This document shows positions 29,047-38,439 of a stretch of 64,000 nucleotides of DNA, piece by piece. The notes under the pieces were generated by a model. The model was given only the letters and a program-made list of their open reading frames with translations, did not search any database and was not told the origin of the DNA. The stretch's first letter is position 1; each line of letters opens with the position of its first letter. The translations under genes and the position numbers were made by a program. Source of the stretch: an uncultured delta proteobacterium (GTDB lineage: Bacteria > Myxococcota_A > Polyangia > Polyangiales > Houyiibacteriaceae); the NCBI GenBank assembly GCA_963699755.1, contig CAVOVB010000003.1, positions 352,001 to 416,000 on the forward strand. Direction: 5' to 3'.

Positions 29047-30023
29047 CAGAAGCGGCCCTTGAGCGTCAGGAGTCCGCCCTTGTTGCTGAATCCGACGGCC
29101 GGTTCGACGCGTTTGGCGGCTTCTCGCGATTCGCCCTTCCAGTTGGTGAAGACACCGAGAACCGCAGTGGTGGCTGCCATTGCAGCAGTGACACCGATGA
29201 GAATGTTCGTGCGGCGTTCTTTCTTGCGGCCTTCTTCCAGAAGTGATTCGGCAAGCTCCGCAGGCGTGGGAGACGAACCGTTGTTGATGCCCGGCGAGTT
29301 GGCCGTTCGCGCGGCACTCTCATAGGCGCCTACGCCCTTGTTCGCGTCGATCCCCGACCAGACCGTGACCGCGCCCATGGCGACGGTCGCGCCGAGCGAC
29401 GAGAAGAAGCCCCAGCGCGGTACGGGGGGTGGAGGTGGCGGCGCTGGCGCGGCGAGCATGAGCTCCTTGGTCTCGCCCGCTCCGCCTTGCACGTAGGTAG
29501 ACGTCTCACCATCGTCGAACGCGGCCTTGAGCGAGTGCTCCACGTCAGGGGTTGTGAAGAACGTCGAGTGTTGGAGCAATGCCCCATCGAGCTCGAGCGT
29601 GCACTCCTCTTCACATCGAGCCGTCACCAGGACATTCAAGGGCAGCATGGCTTCGATCACCGCGTTCGCGGCCTTGGTCCCGCGCTGATCCGCTGGATAG
29701 TTGTCGCGCAACTGCAGCGAGAGGTTCGCCGCGCGAAGCGAGTTGCCTGCCTTCTGGTGCGCGCGCACCGCCTGGAGCAACGCGGTCGAAGTCGGCACCA
29801 AGCGGTATGCTCGCTCGAACCAATGTGCTGCAAGCTCGTAGCGACCAGAAAGATAGGCCGAGGTGGCCTGGTCGTACGCCTCCGCCGCTTCTGCTCGAGC
29901 TCGAACCGAAACCTCCCCTGCGCGTGAAGACGGCGCGTCGGCTGTGGCTACGGCGGAAGATAGCAGTCCGAGGCTGCAAACGACTGGCGCCACCCAGCCT
30001 CGGCCTATGGTCGTGCGTCCCAT
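29046..30023 (-). CDS. Secreted TPR / PEGA-like protein with hydrophobic hairpin and C-terminal Phe
   Basis: Signal peptide, TPR AYLSGRYELAAHWFERAYRL, poly-Pro linker, ends GGLLTLKGRF. Confidence 0.75.
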   Translation of the reverse strand: MGRTTIGRGWVAPVVCSLGLLSSAVATADAPSSRAGEVSVRARAEAAEAYDQATSAYLSGRYELAAHWFERAYRLVPTSTALLQAVRAHQKAGNSLRAANLSLQLRDNYPADQRGTKAANAVIEAMLPLNVLVTARCEEECTLELDGALLQHSTFFTTPDVEHSLKAAFDDGETSTYVQGGAGETKELMLAAPAPPPPPPVPRWGFFSSLGATVAMGAVTVWSGIDANKGVGAYESAARTANSPGINNGSSPTPAELAESLLEEGRKKERRTNILIGVTAAMAATTAVLGVFTNWKGESREAAKRVEPAVGFSNKGGLLTLKGRF

Positions 30024-30072
30024 CAGCAAGATTCCACCGTTAACGATAGTAAAAATCCTGGGGGAAGCCGAA

Positions 30073-31200
30073 TCAAGCGCCGGTGCGAATGGCCTGGTGG
30101 TAGCCCCTCTTATCCAGTTGATCGAGCATTAGGCGGAATTCGTCGGGTTCCGGGGACCGAAGCGTGGCGATGTCACGGTCCACGGCCCCATGGGCCACCA
30201 GGTGCAGGAGGGACTGATTCATCGTCTGCATGCCCGAAGTGCCCTGACCGGTCTGCATGATTCCGTACATCTGGTGGACTTTGTCCTCGCGTATCAGATT
30301 CCGAATCGCGACGTTCGGCACCATCGCTTCGCAGGCCATCGCGCGACCGGGCCCATCACCGCGCGGAAGGAGCATCTGGCTGAGGACGCCTTGAAGGACG
30401 AACGACAACTGCGCGCGAATCTGACTCTGCTGGCCGGAAGGGAAAACGTCGATGATGCGGTTGATCGATTGTACGGCGGTGTTCGTGTGCAGCGTCGCGA
30501 ATACGAGGTGACCCGTCTCGGAAATGGTGAGCGCCGCTTCGATCGTCTCCAAATCTCGCATCTCGCCGACTAGCACGACGTCGGGGTCCTGACGTAGGAC
30601 GTACTTCAGCGCGTCCTTGAAGCCGGCAGTGTCGGAGCCGACCTCCCGCTGGTTCACCACGCAGAGCTTGTTGGAGTGAAGGAACTCGATCGGATCCTCG
30701 ACGGTCACGATATGATGACGATGTTCGCTGTTGATCTTGTCGATCATCGAGGCGAGCGTGGTCGATTTTCCGGAACCCGTCGGCCCAGTGACCAAGACCA
30801 GGCCACGTGGTCGCGTGCAGAGCTCTGCGACGACCGGGGGTACGCCGAGCTCGCTCAGCGGACGAATCTCGAACGGGATCGCGCGGAACGCACCCGATAC
30901 CGCACCACGTTGCAAAAAGACGTTGGCTCGGAATCGCGACAATGACTTCACGCCGAACGAGAAGTCGATCTCATGCCCTTTTTCGAAGCGCAAACGCTGA
31001 TCTTCGGTCATCACCTCGTAGCACAGTGCCTTGCTCTCGCGCGGCTTCAGAGGAGGAGTGCGCAGCGGCATGAGAGATCCGTCGATGCGCAATTGTGGAG
31101 GGGAACCCGTCGTGATGTGCAAATCGGAGGCGCCGCGTTCGACCATGAGTCGAAGCAACTGCCGAAGGGTGAGTGTGGGTGCTTGCTGAGGTGCCGCCAT
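30073..31200 (-). CDS. pilT: Type IV pilus retraction ATPase
   Basis: ASDLH, GPTGSGKSTT, EDPIE, LVGEMRD, TLHT, AIRNLIRE motif, GMQT. Confidence 0.96.
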   Translation of the reverse strand: MAAPQQAPTLTLRQLLRLMVERGASDLHITTGSPPQLRIDGSLMPLRTPPLKPRESKALCYEVMTEDQRLRFEKGHEIDFSFGVKSLSRFRANVFLQRGAVSGAFRAIPFEIRPLSELGVPPVVAELCTRPRGLVLVTGPTGSGKSTTLASMIDKINSEHRHHIVTVEDPIEFLHSNKLCVVNQREVGSDTAGFKDALKYVLRQDPDVVLVGEMRDLETIEAALTISETGHLVFATLHTNTAVQSINRIIDVFPSGQQSQIRAQLSFVLQGVLSQMLLPRGDGPGRAMACEAMVPNVAIRNLIREDKVHQMYGIMQTGQGTSGMQTMNQSLLHLVAHGAVDRDIATLRSPEPDEFRLMLDQLDKRGYHQAIRTGA

Positions 31201-31207
31201 GTGCCCA

Positions 31208-31216
31208 AGCATATCA
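31208..31216 (-). promoter_or_regulatory. Extended -10 element TGaTATGCT, 7 nt before the pilT ATG (leaderless-type)
   Basis: Minus strand reads TGATATGCTTGGGCACATG. Confidence 0.45.
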
Positions 31217-31235
31217 GAGCAAGACGCGATCCGCC

Positions 31236-32759
31236 CTAAACGCTGCGGCGGGCCCACGGGCCTCGCCGCAGCCAGTCCTGCCGTCGGTACTGTGAGCCAA
31301 TGATCTTAGCGACCGAGGTTGCGGCGAGAAAGGAACCTTCAAAACCGAGTCCGGGCGCCACCTGTTCGTTGCACAAGAATACCCCCCGAACCGGGGTACG
31401 TGTAGGCAGGGCACACACGCCGAGCGCTCGTCGAGTCGGGTACTCGTAAACGGCGCGCATCGAGTGCGGACCTCTTGTCCAGGGGTCGCTGCACGGAAGT
31501 TCGGTGTCAGCGCGAAACGCCCGGGGAGGCAAGCCGTCATGTGGGCTGTCCACCCAGATCGCATGCTCGTCGAAAAACGGAACCACTTTGCGGATCGTCT
31601 CCAGGGCTTCTTCGCGGACGAAACGAAGAGGTGATGATCCCGTATCGATCAAATGCTCTTCGACCAATCGGCTCGCCGTGAGCAGCAGCCGGTCGCCCTC
31701 CAAGTCGCGACGCCGTAGCAAAAATGCCTGGCTTGGATCGGTTGCGCTCGGACACTGCAATGCAAGAGGTTCGAGGGCGTCCGGAATGCCCCGCTTGTAG
31801 GCGAGGAAGTGAACCGAGCAACGGTACGCGCGTGCGCGCGGTTCCCCGACCCGCTCGAACATGGGTGCGAGCGACCCCCGTTCTGGTAGCAGTTGCGAGA
31901 GCTCGCTGATCGGTGTGCCATGCACGATCTCTGTGCAGCCGATCTCTTCGTCGGTCCGCATGAGCCGAATGTGATGGCGGCTGCGACCCGCGTGACGAAT
32001 CGACTCCGCCCGGTCGCGTGGTCTGACATCGCTACCCCAGGAGCGGATTCGCGCACACAGCGCCTCGCGAAACCAGGGCCAACCACCGCTTGGCTCGGAG
32101 ACGCCCGATAGAACGTGGGCGTGCAAGCGCGCGCGGCTCAAGTCCGAATGCTGCCCGGGGAGGAGTCCTGAGAGATGGGGGAGGACCGCTTCGAATGCCG
32201 TCCGCAATGGATGGCGCACAGGGAGTTGGTTCCACGAAGTCCAACCTTGCCCTTGCCGGTCGAATCGTTGCGCTGTCGCCCTCAGCGAGAATCGCTGGCG
32301 CTCGAGGAACGTTTCCGCAGGCCAAGTGAGCCCGCGAGCCACCACGGCGTCGAGCTCGCCTCGAACCTCGGCTAGCGTCCGGGTGATGTCGGTCGCCTGG
32401 CGCTGCACGCGCGGGAGCTCCCGGCCGACCTCTGCAAGCCACCTGTCGGCTTCGGGGTAGACATCCAAGCGATGCTCGGGCAGGAGCAGCTGGAACAGGG
32501 TGGGTCGATCCAGCATGCGCTGGCGGAGATCCTGCCTCAGGGCGAGCTCCTCCAACGTGCTCTGAACGACGGGGCTCTGTGCCCCCGCGATCGTCAGTCC
32601 GTACGGTTCGATCTCGACTTCTGCCAACGTGTACGACGGATCGGCCACGCCCTGACCGAGCACGAGCACACGGAAGCCATCGCGCGCCAGCAAGGCAGCG
32701 CAGAGAAGCGGCTCGAGGTGAGTGCCGAGGACGACGACGTCGTAGAAACTCGTCAGCAC
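31236..32759 (-). CDS. Phytoene-desaturase-fold protein with degenerate FAD-binding motif
   Basis: YDVVVLGTHL...ALLARDGFRVLVL; C-terminal RTPVRGVFLC...PGLGFEG. Confidence 0.65.
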   Translation of the reverse strand: MLTSFYDVVVLGTHLEPLLCAALLARDGFRVLVLGQGVADPSYTLAEVEIEPYGLTIAGAQSPVVQSTLEELALRQDLRQRMLDRPTLFQLLLPEHRLDVYPEADRWLAEVGRELPRVQRQATDITRTLAEVRGELDAVVARGLTWPAETFLERQRFSLRATAQRFDRQGQGWTSWNQLPVRHPLRTAFEAVLPHLSGLLPGQHSDLSRARLHAHVLSGVSEPSGGWPWFREALCARIRSWGSDVRPRDRAESIRHAGRSRHHIRLMRTDEEIGCTEIVHGTPISELSQLLPERGSLAPMFERVGEPRARAYRCSVHFLAYKRGIPDALEPLALQCPSATDPSQAFLLRRRDLEGDRLLLTASRLVEEHLIDTGSSPLRFVREEALETIRKVVPFFDEHAIWVDSPHDGLPPRAFRADTELPCSDPWTRGPHSMRAVYEYPTRRALGVCALPTRTPVRGVFLCNEQVAPGLGFEGSFLAATSVAKIIGSQYRRQDWLRRGPWARRSV

Positions 32760-32763
32760 GGCT

Positions 32764-33402
32764 CTAGGTGTCCGGCACGGACAGCGATCGAGAAGGGTCC
32801 GCCACGGGCGTGCGCACGGTCAGTGGGTCGAGCGTGATCGCGCCGATCGCGATCTGTTGAATCACGGCGGGCAGGAGTCGGTGCTCCTGAACCTGGATTC
32901 GGGCATGCAAGGAATCGGCACTGTCATCTTCGAGCACCGGGACGGCAGCCTGCGCGATGATCGGTCCGGTATCCACCCCTGCATCGACGATGTGGATTGT
33001 GCATCCACTGATGCGCACGCCGCCCTCGAGCGCATCTTGCGGAGCATTGTGACCCGGAAACGATGGAAGCAGGGCAGGGTGAACGTTGATGATGCGCCCC
33101 GCAAAGCGTTCGAGCAGCGGTGCACCCAAGACGCGCATGAAGCCGGCTAAGACGATCAAGTCTGGCTTCAAGGATGCCACGGTTTCGGCCAGCAAATCGT
33201 TCCAGAGCGCGCGGTCATCGCCTTTGCGAAGCGAAACCAGGCGTGTCGGGATGCTCCGTTCGTCGGCAAACCCGAGCGCTGCGGCCTTCTTTCGATCGGA
33301 AACGACGCCGACGATCTTCGCGTCGCACTTCCCTGCGTCGATGGCACTGCAGATCGCTTTCAAGTTCGAGCCGCGACCAGAAACGAGAACCACAATGTCC
33401 AT
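32764..33402 (-). CDS. purN: Phosphoribosylglycinamide formyltransferase
   Basis: SGRGSNL, LAGFMR, NVHPALLP, VDTGPII. Confidence 0.96.
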   Translation of the reverse strand: MDIVVLVSGRGSNLKAICSAIDAGKCDAKIVGVVSDRKKAAALGFADERSIPTRLVSLRKGDDRALWNDLLAETVASLKPDLIVLAGFMRVLGAPLLERFAGRIINVHPALLPSFPGHNAPQDALEGGVRISGCTIHIVDAGVDTGPIIAQAAVPVLEDDSADSLHARIQVQEHRLLPAVIQQIAIGAITLDPLTVRTPVADPSRSLSVPDT

Positions 33403-33410
33403 CTGGGGCC

Positions 33411-34436
33411 CTAGGAGGAGAACTCGACGCCTTCGCGGTCGACGACCTCGCCCATGACGAACGCGCGCTCGCCAGTTGCGTTGAGCGCGTCCACCAGGTC
33501 GGCCGCGCGTTCGGGCGCCACGACCATGGTGAAGCCGACGCCCATGTTGAACGTGCGCCGCATCTCTGCGTCGGTCACGGCGCCTCGCTCCTGGATCAGC
33601 CTGAAGATCGGGTCGACCGACCATGCGGCTTGGTCAACGGCAATTCCGAGACCGTTGGGCGTCACGCGTGGAAGGTTTTCGGGCAGCCCCCCACCGGTGA
33701 TGTGACACATCGCATGAACGCCGTATTCCAGAGCAATCCGGGCAGCTCTCACGTAAATGCGCGTGGGCCGGAGCAGTGCATCACCGAGCGTCTCACCCGA
33801 CTCGAATGGAGCCCGGAGCGAGAGCGGCGTGTCGCCCTCGACCAGCACGCGTCGGGCCAGGGAGAACCCGTTCGAGTGCAATCCGGATGAGGCGACGCCG
33901 ATCAGCTTGTCCCCAAGGCGCATGGCTTTGCCGTCGACGATGCCCTTCCGACTGACGACGCCCACGGCGAAGCCCGCTAAGTCGTATTCCCCCGATGCGT
34001 AGAAGCCCGGAAGCTCGGCTGTCTCGCCTCCGAGAAGGGCGCACTCCGATTGGCGGCATCCTTCCGCGATGCCTTTCACTACGGCCTCTCCCTGGTCCAC
34101 GTCCAGCTTCGATGTCGCAAAGTAATCCAAGAAGAACAGCGGTCTGGCGCCGACGGTGATGATGTCGTTGATGCACATCGCAACGAGGTCGATGCCGATC
34201 GTGTCGTGCCGCTGGAGCTCGAAGGCCAGCTTCAGCTTGGTCCCAACCCCGTCCGTACCCGAGACGAGGATTGGATCCTCGATGTCGCTCGGTATCGAGC
34301 AGAGGCCGGCGAAGCCACCGAGAGAACCGAGCACATGCTCTGAGCGCGTCGACTGCGCGAGCGGCTTGATTCGCTCGACGAGCTCTTCTCCGGCTTCGAT
34401 GTCGACCCCGGCGTCGCGATAAGTCATCCCCGCCAT
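33411..34436 (-). CDS. purM: Phosphoribosylformylglycinamidine cyclo-ligase
   Basis: YRDAGVD, GTDGVGTK, GGETAE.PG, SSGLHSNG, HITGGG, TFNMG. Confidence 0.97.
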   Translation of the reverse strand: MAGMTYRDAGVDIEAGEELVERIKPLAQSTRSEHVLGSLGGFAGLCSIPSDIEDPILVSGTDGVGTKLKLAFELQRHDTIGIDLVAMCINDIITVGARPLFFLDYFATSKLDVDQGEAVVKGIAEGCRQSECALLGGETAELPGFYASGEYDLAGFAVGVVSRKGIVDGKAMRLGDKLIGVASSGLHSNGFSLARRVLVEGDTPLSLRAPFESGETLGDALLRPTRIYVRAARIALEYGVHAMCHITGGGLPENLPRVTPNGLGIAVDQAAWSVDPIFRLIQERGAVTDAEMRRTFNMGVGFTMVVAPERAADLVDALNATGERAFVMGEVVDREGVEFSS

Positions 34437-34443
34437 GCCGCCG

Positions 34444-34472
34444 AAGCTAGGCGATCGCTTGGGGCGGGTCAA
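34444..34472 (-). promoter_or_regulatory. Sigma70 promoter TTGACC-17-TAGCTT, 7 nt before the purM ATG (leaderless)
   Basis: Read directly on the minus strand; no SD. Confidence 0.6.
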
Positions 34473-34486
34473 CGAGCGACGGTCCG

Positions 34487-35701
34487 TTGACGCTCATCGA
34501 GTCGTCGCGTAAACACGCGTCCATTCGAAGCGCGGCATACACGTCGAGGCTCCATCTGCTCGGGCTGCTGATCGCCGCCTCGGGCTGCCAGGCCGATTCT
34601 TCTCCCCGGCGCCAGCAGGAGCTTTCGGCGCCCTCGGTCGAGCTGACCACGCCGGCCCAGCCACAGCGCGACAAAGCCCATCTCTCCCGGATCGACGTGT
34701 ATGGCGCCGAAGGCGTAGATCCGGCTGGCGCGCGCGTGGTCCTTCTCTTCGAAGGAGTCCCACTCTTTCACCACAAGCAGCTTCCCGCCGAGGGGATTCT
34801 GCCACCACGTATTGCCATCGAGCTCGAGGACGTCGAATGGGGTGAGGGCGTCCCCGTTTCTCAGTCCGTCGAGCGAGGGGGCCTCGAGCGCGTCCGGCTT
34901 GCCACGCCCAACCCTCGTGTCGTCTTGGATCTGCAACCGAACGCTACCGGACGCGTCTTCTTTCTGACGGACCCGTACCGCATCGTCGTAGACGTGAGCA
35001 CGGCACGACCTTCGCGAAACAAGCGCAGACCGCTCGTGGTTCTCGATCCTGGGCACGGTGGTCCGGAACCTGGCGCCGCAAACGAAGAGTTCGGGCTCGT
35101 GGAATCACAGTTGGCGCTCGACCTGGCTGAGCTGACCGCTGCGCGGCTGCGCGCGATCATGCCGCGCGTCCGGGTGATGCTCACCAGGTCGAGCGATGTC
35201 GATCTCTCGCTCGAAGAGCGTTGTGCTTTGGCCAATGCAATGGAGGCGGACGCATTCGTGTCGATTCATTTCAATGCGAGCTCTGAGCCGGTTCGAAAAG
35301 GCGGCGTCACGACTTTCGTGCTCGACACGACGAACGACCGACAGGCACTTCGCTTGGCTGCGCGTGAAAACGGAACGCGCGTTGCCGAGGTGACCGGCAT
35401 TCAGAGTCTGCTCGCGAAGCATCATCGAAAGACCCAAACCGATGGCTCCTTGACCTTGGCTGGCAAGATCCAGCGGCACACCCTGAAACGAGGCCGCGCG
35501 TTTCTGCCCAGGCTCTCGGATCGCGGCGTGCGACGCGCGATGTTTTACGTCTTGGTGGGCGCCCGAATGCCCTCGGTGCTCGTCGAGGCGTCCTTTCTCA
35601 CCTACGAGCCCGAGGCGCGCGCGCTGACCAAGTATCGATACCGCCGCGCACTCGCCGGTGGCATGGCGTCCGGTATCGCTTCGTACCTCTTGACTCGGTA
35701 G
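34487..35701 (+). CDS. N-acetylmuramoyl-L-alanine amidase (AMIN + Amidase_3), possible lipoprotein; exact start uncertain
   Basis: LDPGHGG, SIHFNA, LAARENG, VLVEASF; RVVLDL and PYRIVVDV AMIN motifs; IAASGC. Confidence 0.9.
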   Translation: MTLIESSRKHASIRSAAYTSRLHLLGLLIAASGCQADSSPRRQQELSAPSVELTTPAQPQRDKAHLSRIDVYGAEGVDPAGARVVLLFEGVPLFHHKQLPAEGILPPRIAIELEDVEWGEGVPVSQSVERGGLERVRLATPNPRVVLDLQPNATGRVFFLTDPYRIVVDVSTARPSRNKRRPLVVLDPGHGGPEPGAANEEFGLVESQLALDLAELTAARLRAIMPRVRVMLTRSSDVDLSLEERCALANAMEADAFVSIHFNASSEPVRKGGVTTFVLDTTNDRQALRLAARENGTRVAEVTGIQSLLAKHHRKTQTDGSLTLAGKIQRHTLKRGRAFLPRLSDRGVRRAMFYVLVGARMPSVLVEASFLTYEPEARALTKYRYRRALAGGMASGIASYLLTR

Positions 35702-35706
35702 GCGGA

Positions 35707-38439
35707 TTGCTTGCTCGCACCAGGGCTGACGGTCATACTCACCAGCGTTTGTCGAATGCTTCTAGTCCGGTCGTCGATCTCGGTGGGCTCGCACCCTCGC
35801 TCGGCAAGACCTGCAGTGGGTACCTCGGCGGTTACCGCCGAGCGTTCGAGGATGCCGTTCGCCGTGGGGAACCGGGTGTCGGCACGGCCCGTTCCTATGC
35901 TAGGGCCATCGATGGTCTTCTGAGCGCTCTTTACTGCGCCTCAGACGCGGCCACGCGAGTACTGGGCCAAGAGCCTCGAGGTCGCGTCTCATTGGTTGCG
36001 GTCGGCGGCTACGGCCGCTCGACCCTGGGTTTGAACAGCGACGTCGACGTCGTTTTCCTTTGTGACGACTCGGACGACCCGTTTGTCGGCGCCCTCGCCG
36101 AGGGGCTGCTTTACCCGCTTTGGGATCTCGGGGTCGACATCGGGCACGCGGTTCGAAGCGTCGAAGAGACCCTGCGTTTGGCTCGCCAGGACATCCGGAC
36201 CACCACGACGCTGATCGACTTCCGTCGCGTTGCCGGCAGCGGCTCACTTCTCGATCAGCTCGAGCGCGGAGCGCGCGAACAAGTCTTCGAGCCGTACCTG
36301 GTCGAATTCCTCGCCGCGCTCGAACAGGACACCGAAGAGCGGCACCGCCGTTTTGGAGGGAGTCTCTACCTGCTCGAGCCGGACGTGAAACAGGGGCGCG
36401 GAGGTCTCAGGGACATGGACGTGGCCGAATGGGCGGCACGAGCACGCTGGGGAGCTCGAAACGAGCAGGATTACGTGCGAACGGGAGCGCTTCTCGCGCG
36501 CGAGGTCCGGGAGCTCGAAGACGCCCGTGAGATGCTCTGGCGCGTTCGCAACCTTCTGCACTTGCGTGCCGGCCGCCAGCAGGACCGTCTCACGTTCGGC
36601 GATCAGGAAGACATCGCGCAGGAGCTCGGCTTCGTCGATGGTGTCACCCTCGGTGTCGAGCAATTCATGCAAGCCTACTATCGGCACGCCCGGATCGTAG
36701 CACTTACCGCGGAGCGGATGCTCGAGCGGGCGCGCCCGCGCAATCGCACTCGAGCTACCACTTTCCGGAAGCTCGCACACGGCATCGTCTTGGCGGACGG
36801 AAGCATCAACCTCGAGAAGCCGCAGCGGCTCGATGGTGATCCCGCGCTTGCGTTTAGGTTCTACCGACAAGCGCTCCGCTACCACAAACGGCCGGACCAC
36901 TCCGCCCTAGATGCAATCGCACGCATCGCGCCCGACAAGCGATGGCGGCTGAGGTTGCAGGATTCCGAAGAAGCCACTCAGCTCTTTTTGGCTCTTATCA
37001 AGAACATCGACGAGTCGGCGTTCAGAAGCGGCTCCACCGTTGCGGAGCTTCACGAGGTTGGGCTCATCGCGGCGATGATTCCGGAGTTCGAGCCGCTCGT
37101 GGGCCGGGTCTATCACGACGTGTTCCATGTCTACACCGCGGACATCCACGCGGTTAAGGCGCTCGAGCACCTTCAAGCGCTGAGCCGAGGTGAGAGTCGG
37201 GGGCGCGCGTTGTCAGCTCGACTCGCCGCGGAAGCCCCCAGGCGCCTTCCGCTCTTCTTGGCGGTGCTCTTGCACTCGCTTGGTCGCACGCGAGGCCGGG
37301 AGCAAGAAGAAACGGGTGCACGTCTTGCCGAAAGCGTGGCACTTCGTCTCGGCCTGAGCCCGGTAGACGCCCAGCACGTGGCGTGGCTCGTCCGTGAGCA
37401 GAATTCGCTATACCGATGGGCGACCCAGCGCGACATTCATGATCCGCAGGGCCTGGCTAAGGTCGTGAGGATGGTGGAAACGCCCGAGCGCCTTCGCGAT
37501 TTGTTCTTGTGTACCGTATCGGTCATCTCGACGGTCAACCCCGAGGCGATGACCTCTTGGAAGGCGCGCGCGCTCGAGGACCTCTATCTCGCGGCGCTCG
37601 CCCAGCTCGAATCGGGGAGCGCGCCGGTGCAGACCGAAAGCCGAGTCCTGGAGGTGAAGCTGCAGGCGGTGGTCGGATTTGCCGGAGACGCAGGCCAAGA
37701 AGAGCTGCAGAGCTTCATCGACGAGATGCCCGACCGCTACTTCCTCGCCAATCCTGTGGACGTAGTCCGGAGCCACGCGCGGATCTCACGCGACCGCGAC
37801 GAAGGCATCGTGACCGTTCGCGTAGGCCCGGGACCGAGTGAGGAGGTCGATTCGGTGGTCGTCATTTCCGCCGACCGTTCAGGCCTTCTCGCAGACCTTA
37901 CCGCGGTATTTGCCGCGCACGATCTCTCCATTCTCGACGCGCAGATCTATACTCGCCAACGAGAGAGCGGGGATGAGGTGTTCGACGTGTTTTGGGTGCG
38001 GGTGGGGCACAACACACCGTCGCCGGCGCGGCTCGCAGAGGCGCTTCAAGAAGACATCGCGCATCGAATCACCAACCGTGTTTCCACCCAGGATTTGCTC
38101 GCGCGACAAAGCACGCCTCCTCCCTGGTCGGTGCGACGAGGTCCCCAGGTTCCCACGCACATCAGCGTGGATAACAACGCGTCTCTGCGCTACACGGTCG
38201 TGGACGTCTTCACCCGCGACCGAATTGGCCTCTTGCACGAGATCTCGCGCACACTCCATCAACTCGATCTGACTATCGCGCTGGCGAAGGTGAACACCGA
38301 AGGCCAGAGCGTTGCTGACGTATTCTACGTTTCCGATGCGGACGGGAACAAAGTCCGCGACTCTGATCGTCTGAAGCGTTTGCAGCGGGTGCTCTACGAT
38401 CGCATCAGCGCTTTCCATGCGCGCGCCGAGGTGCCGTGA
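35707..38439 (+). CDS. glnD: [Protein-PII] uridylyltransferase (NT-HD-ACT-ACT); start uncertain
   Basis: AVGGYGR...SDVD, LWDLG...HAVR, EPDVKQGRGGLRD, DRSGLL and DRIGLL ACT domains. Confidence 0.93.
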   Translation: MLARTRADGHTHQRLSNASSPVVDLGGLAPSLGKTCSGYLGGYRRAFEDAVRRGEPGVGTARSYARAIDGLLSALYCASDAATRVLGQEPRGRVSLVAVGGYGRSTLGLNSDVDVVFLCDDSDDPFVGALAEGLLYPLWDLGVDIGHAVRSVEETLRLARQDIRTTTTLIDFRRVAGSGSLLDQLERGAREQVFEPYLVEFLAALEQDTEERHRRFGGSLYLLEPDVKQGRGGLRDMDVAEWAARARWGARNEQDYVRTGALLAREVRELEDAREMLWRVRNLLHLRAGRQQDRLTFGDQEDIAQELGFVDGVTLGVEQFMQAYYRHARIVALTAERMLERARPRNRTRATTFRKLAHGIVLADGSINLEKPQRLDGDPALAFRFYRQALRYHKRPDHSALDAIARIAPDKRWRLRLQDSEEATQLFLALIKNIDESAFRSGSTVAELHEVGLIAAMIPEFEPLVGRVYHDVFHVYTADIHAVKALEHLQALSRGESRGRALSARLAAEAPRRLPLFLAVLLHSLGRTRGREQEETGARLAESVALRLGLSPVDAQHVAWLVREQNSLYRWATQRDIHDPQGLAKVVRMVETPERLRDLFLCTVSVISTVNPEAMTSWKARALEDLYLAALAQLESGSAPVQTESRVLEVKLQAVVGFAGDAGQEELQSFIDEMPDRYFLANPVDVVRSHARISRDRDEGIVTVRVGPGPSEEVDSVVVISADRSGLLADLTAVFAAHDLSILDAQIYTRQRESGDEVFDVFWVRVGHNTPSPARLAEALQEDIAHRITNRVSTQDLLARQSTPPPWSVRRGPQVPTHISVDNNASLRYTVVDVFTRDRIGLLHEISRTLHQLDLTIALAKVNTEGQSVADVFYVSDADGNKVRDSDRLKRLQRVLYDRISAFHARAEVP

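Noticed and set aside
32764..33624. Long purN ORF overlapping purM, suggesting a frameshift fusion
   Set aside because: A normal ATG at 33402 with a GGAG-free but short 8-nt gap after the purM stop gives a full-length PurN.
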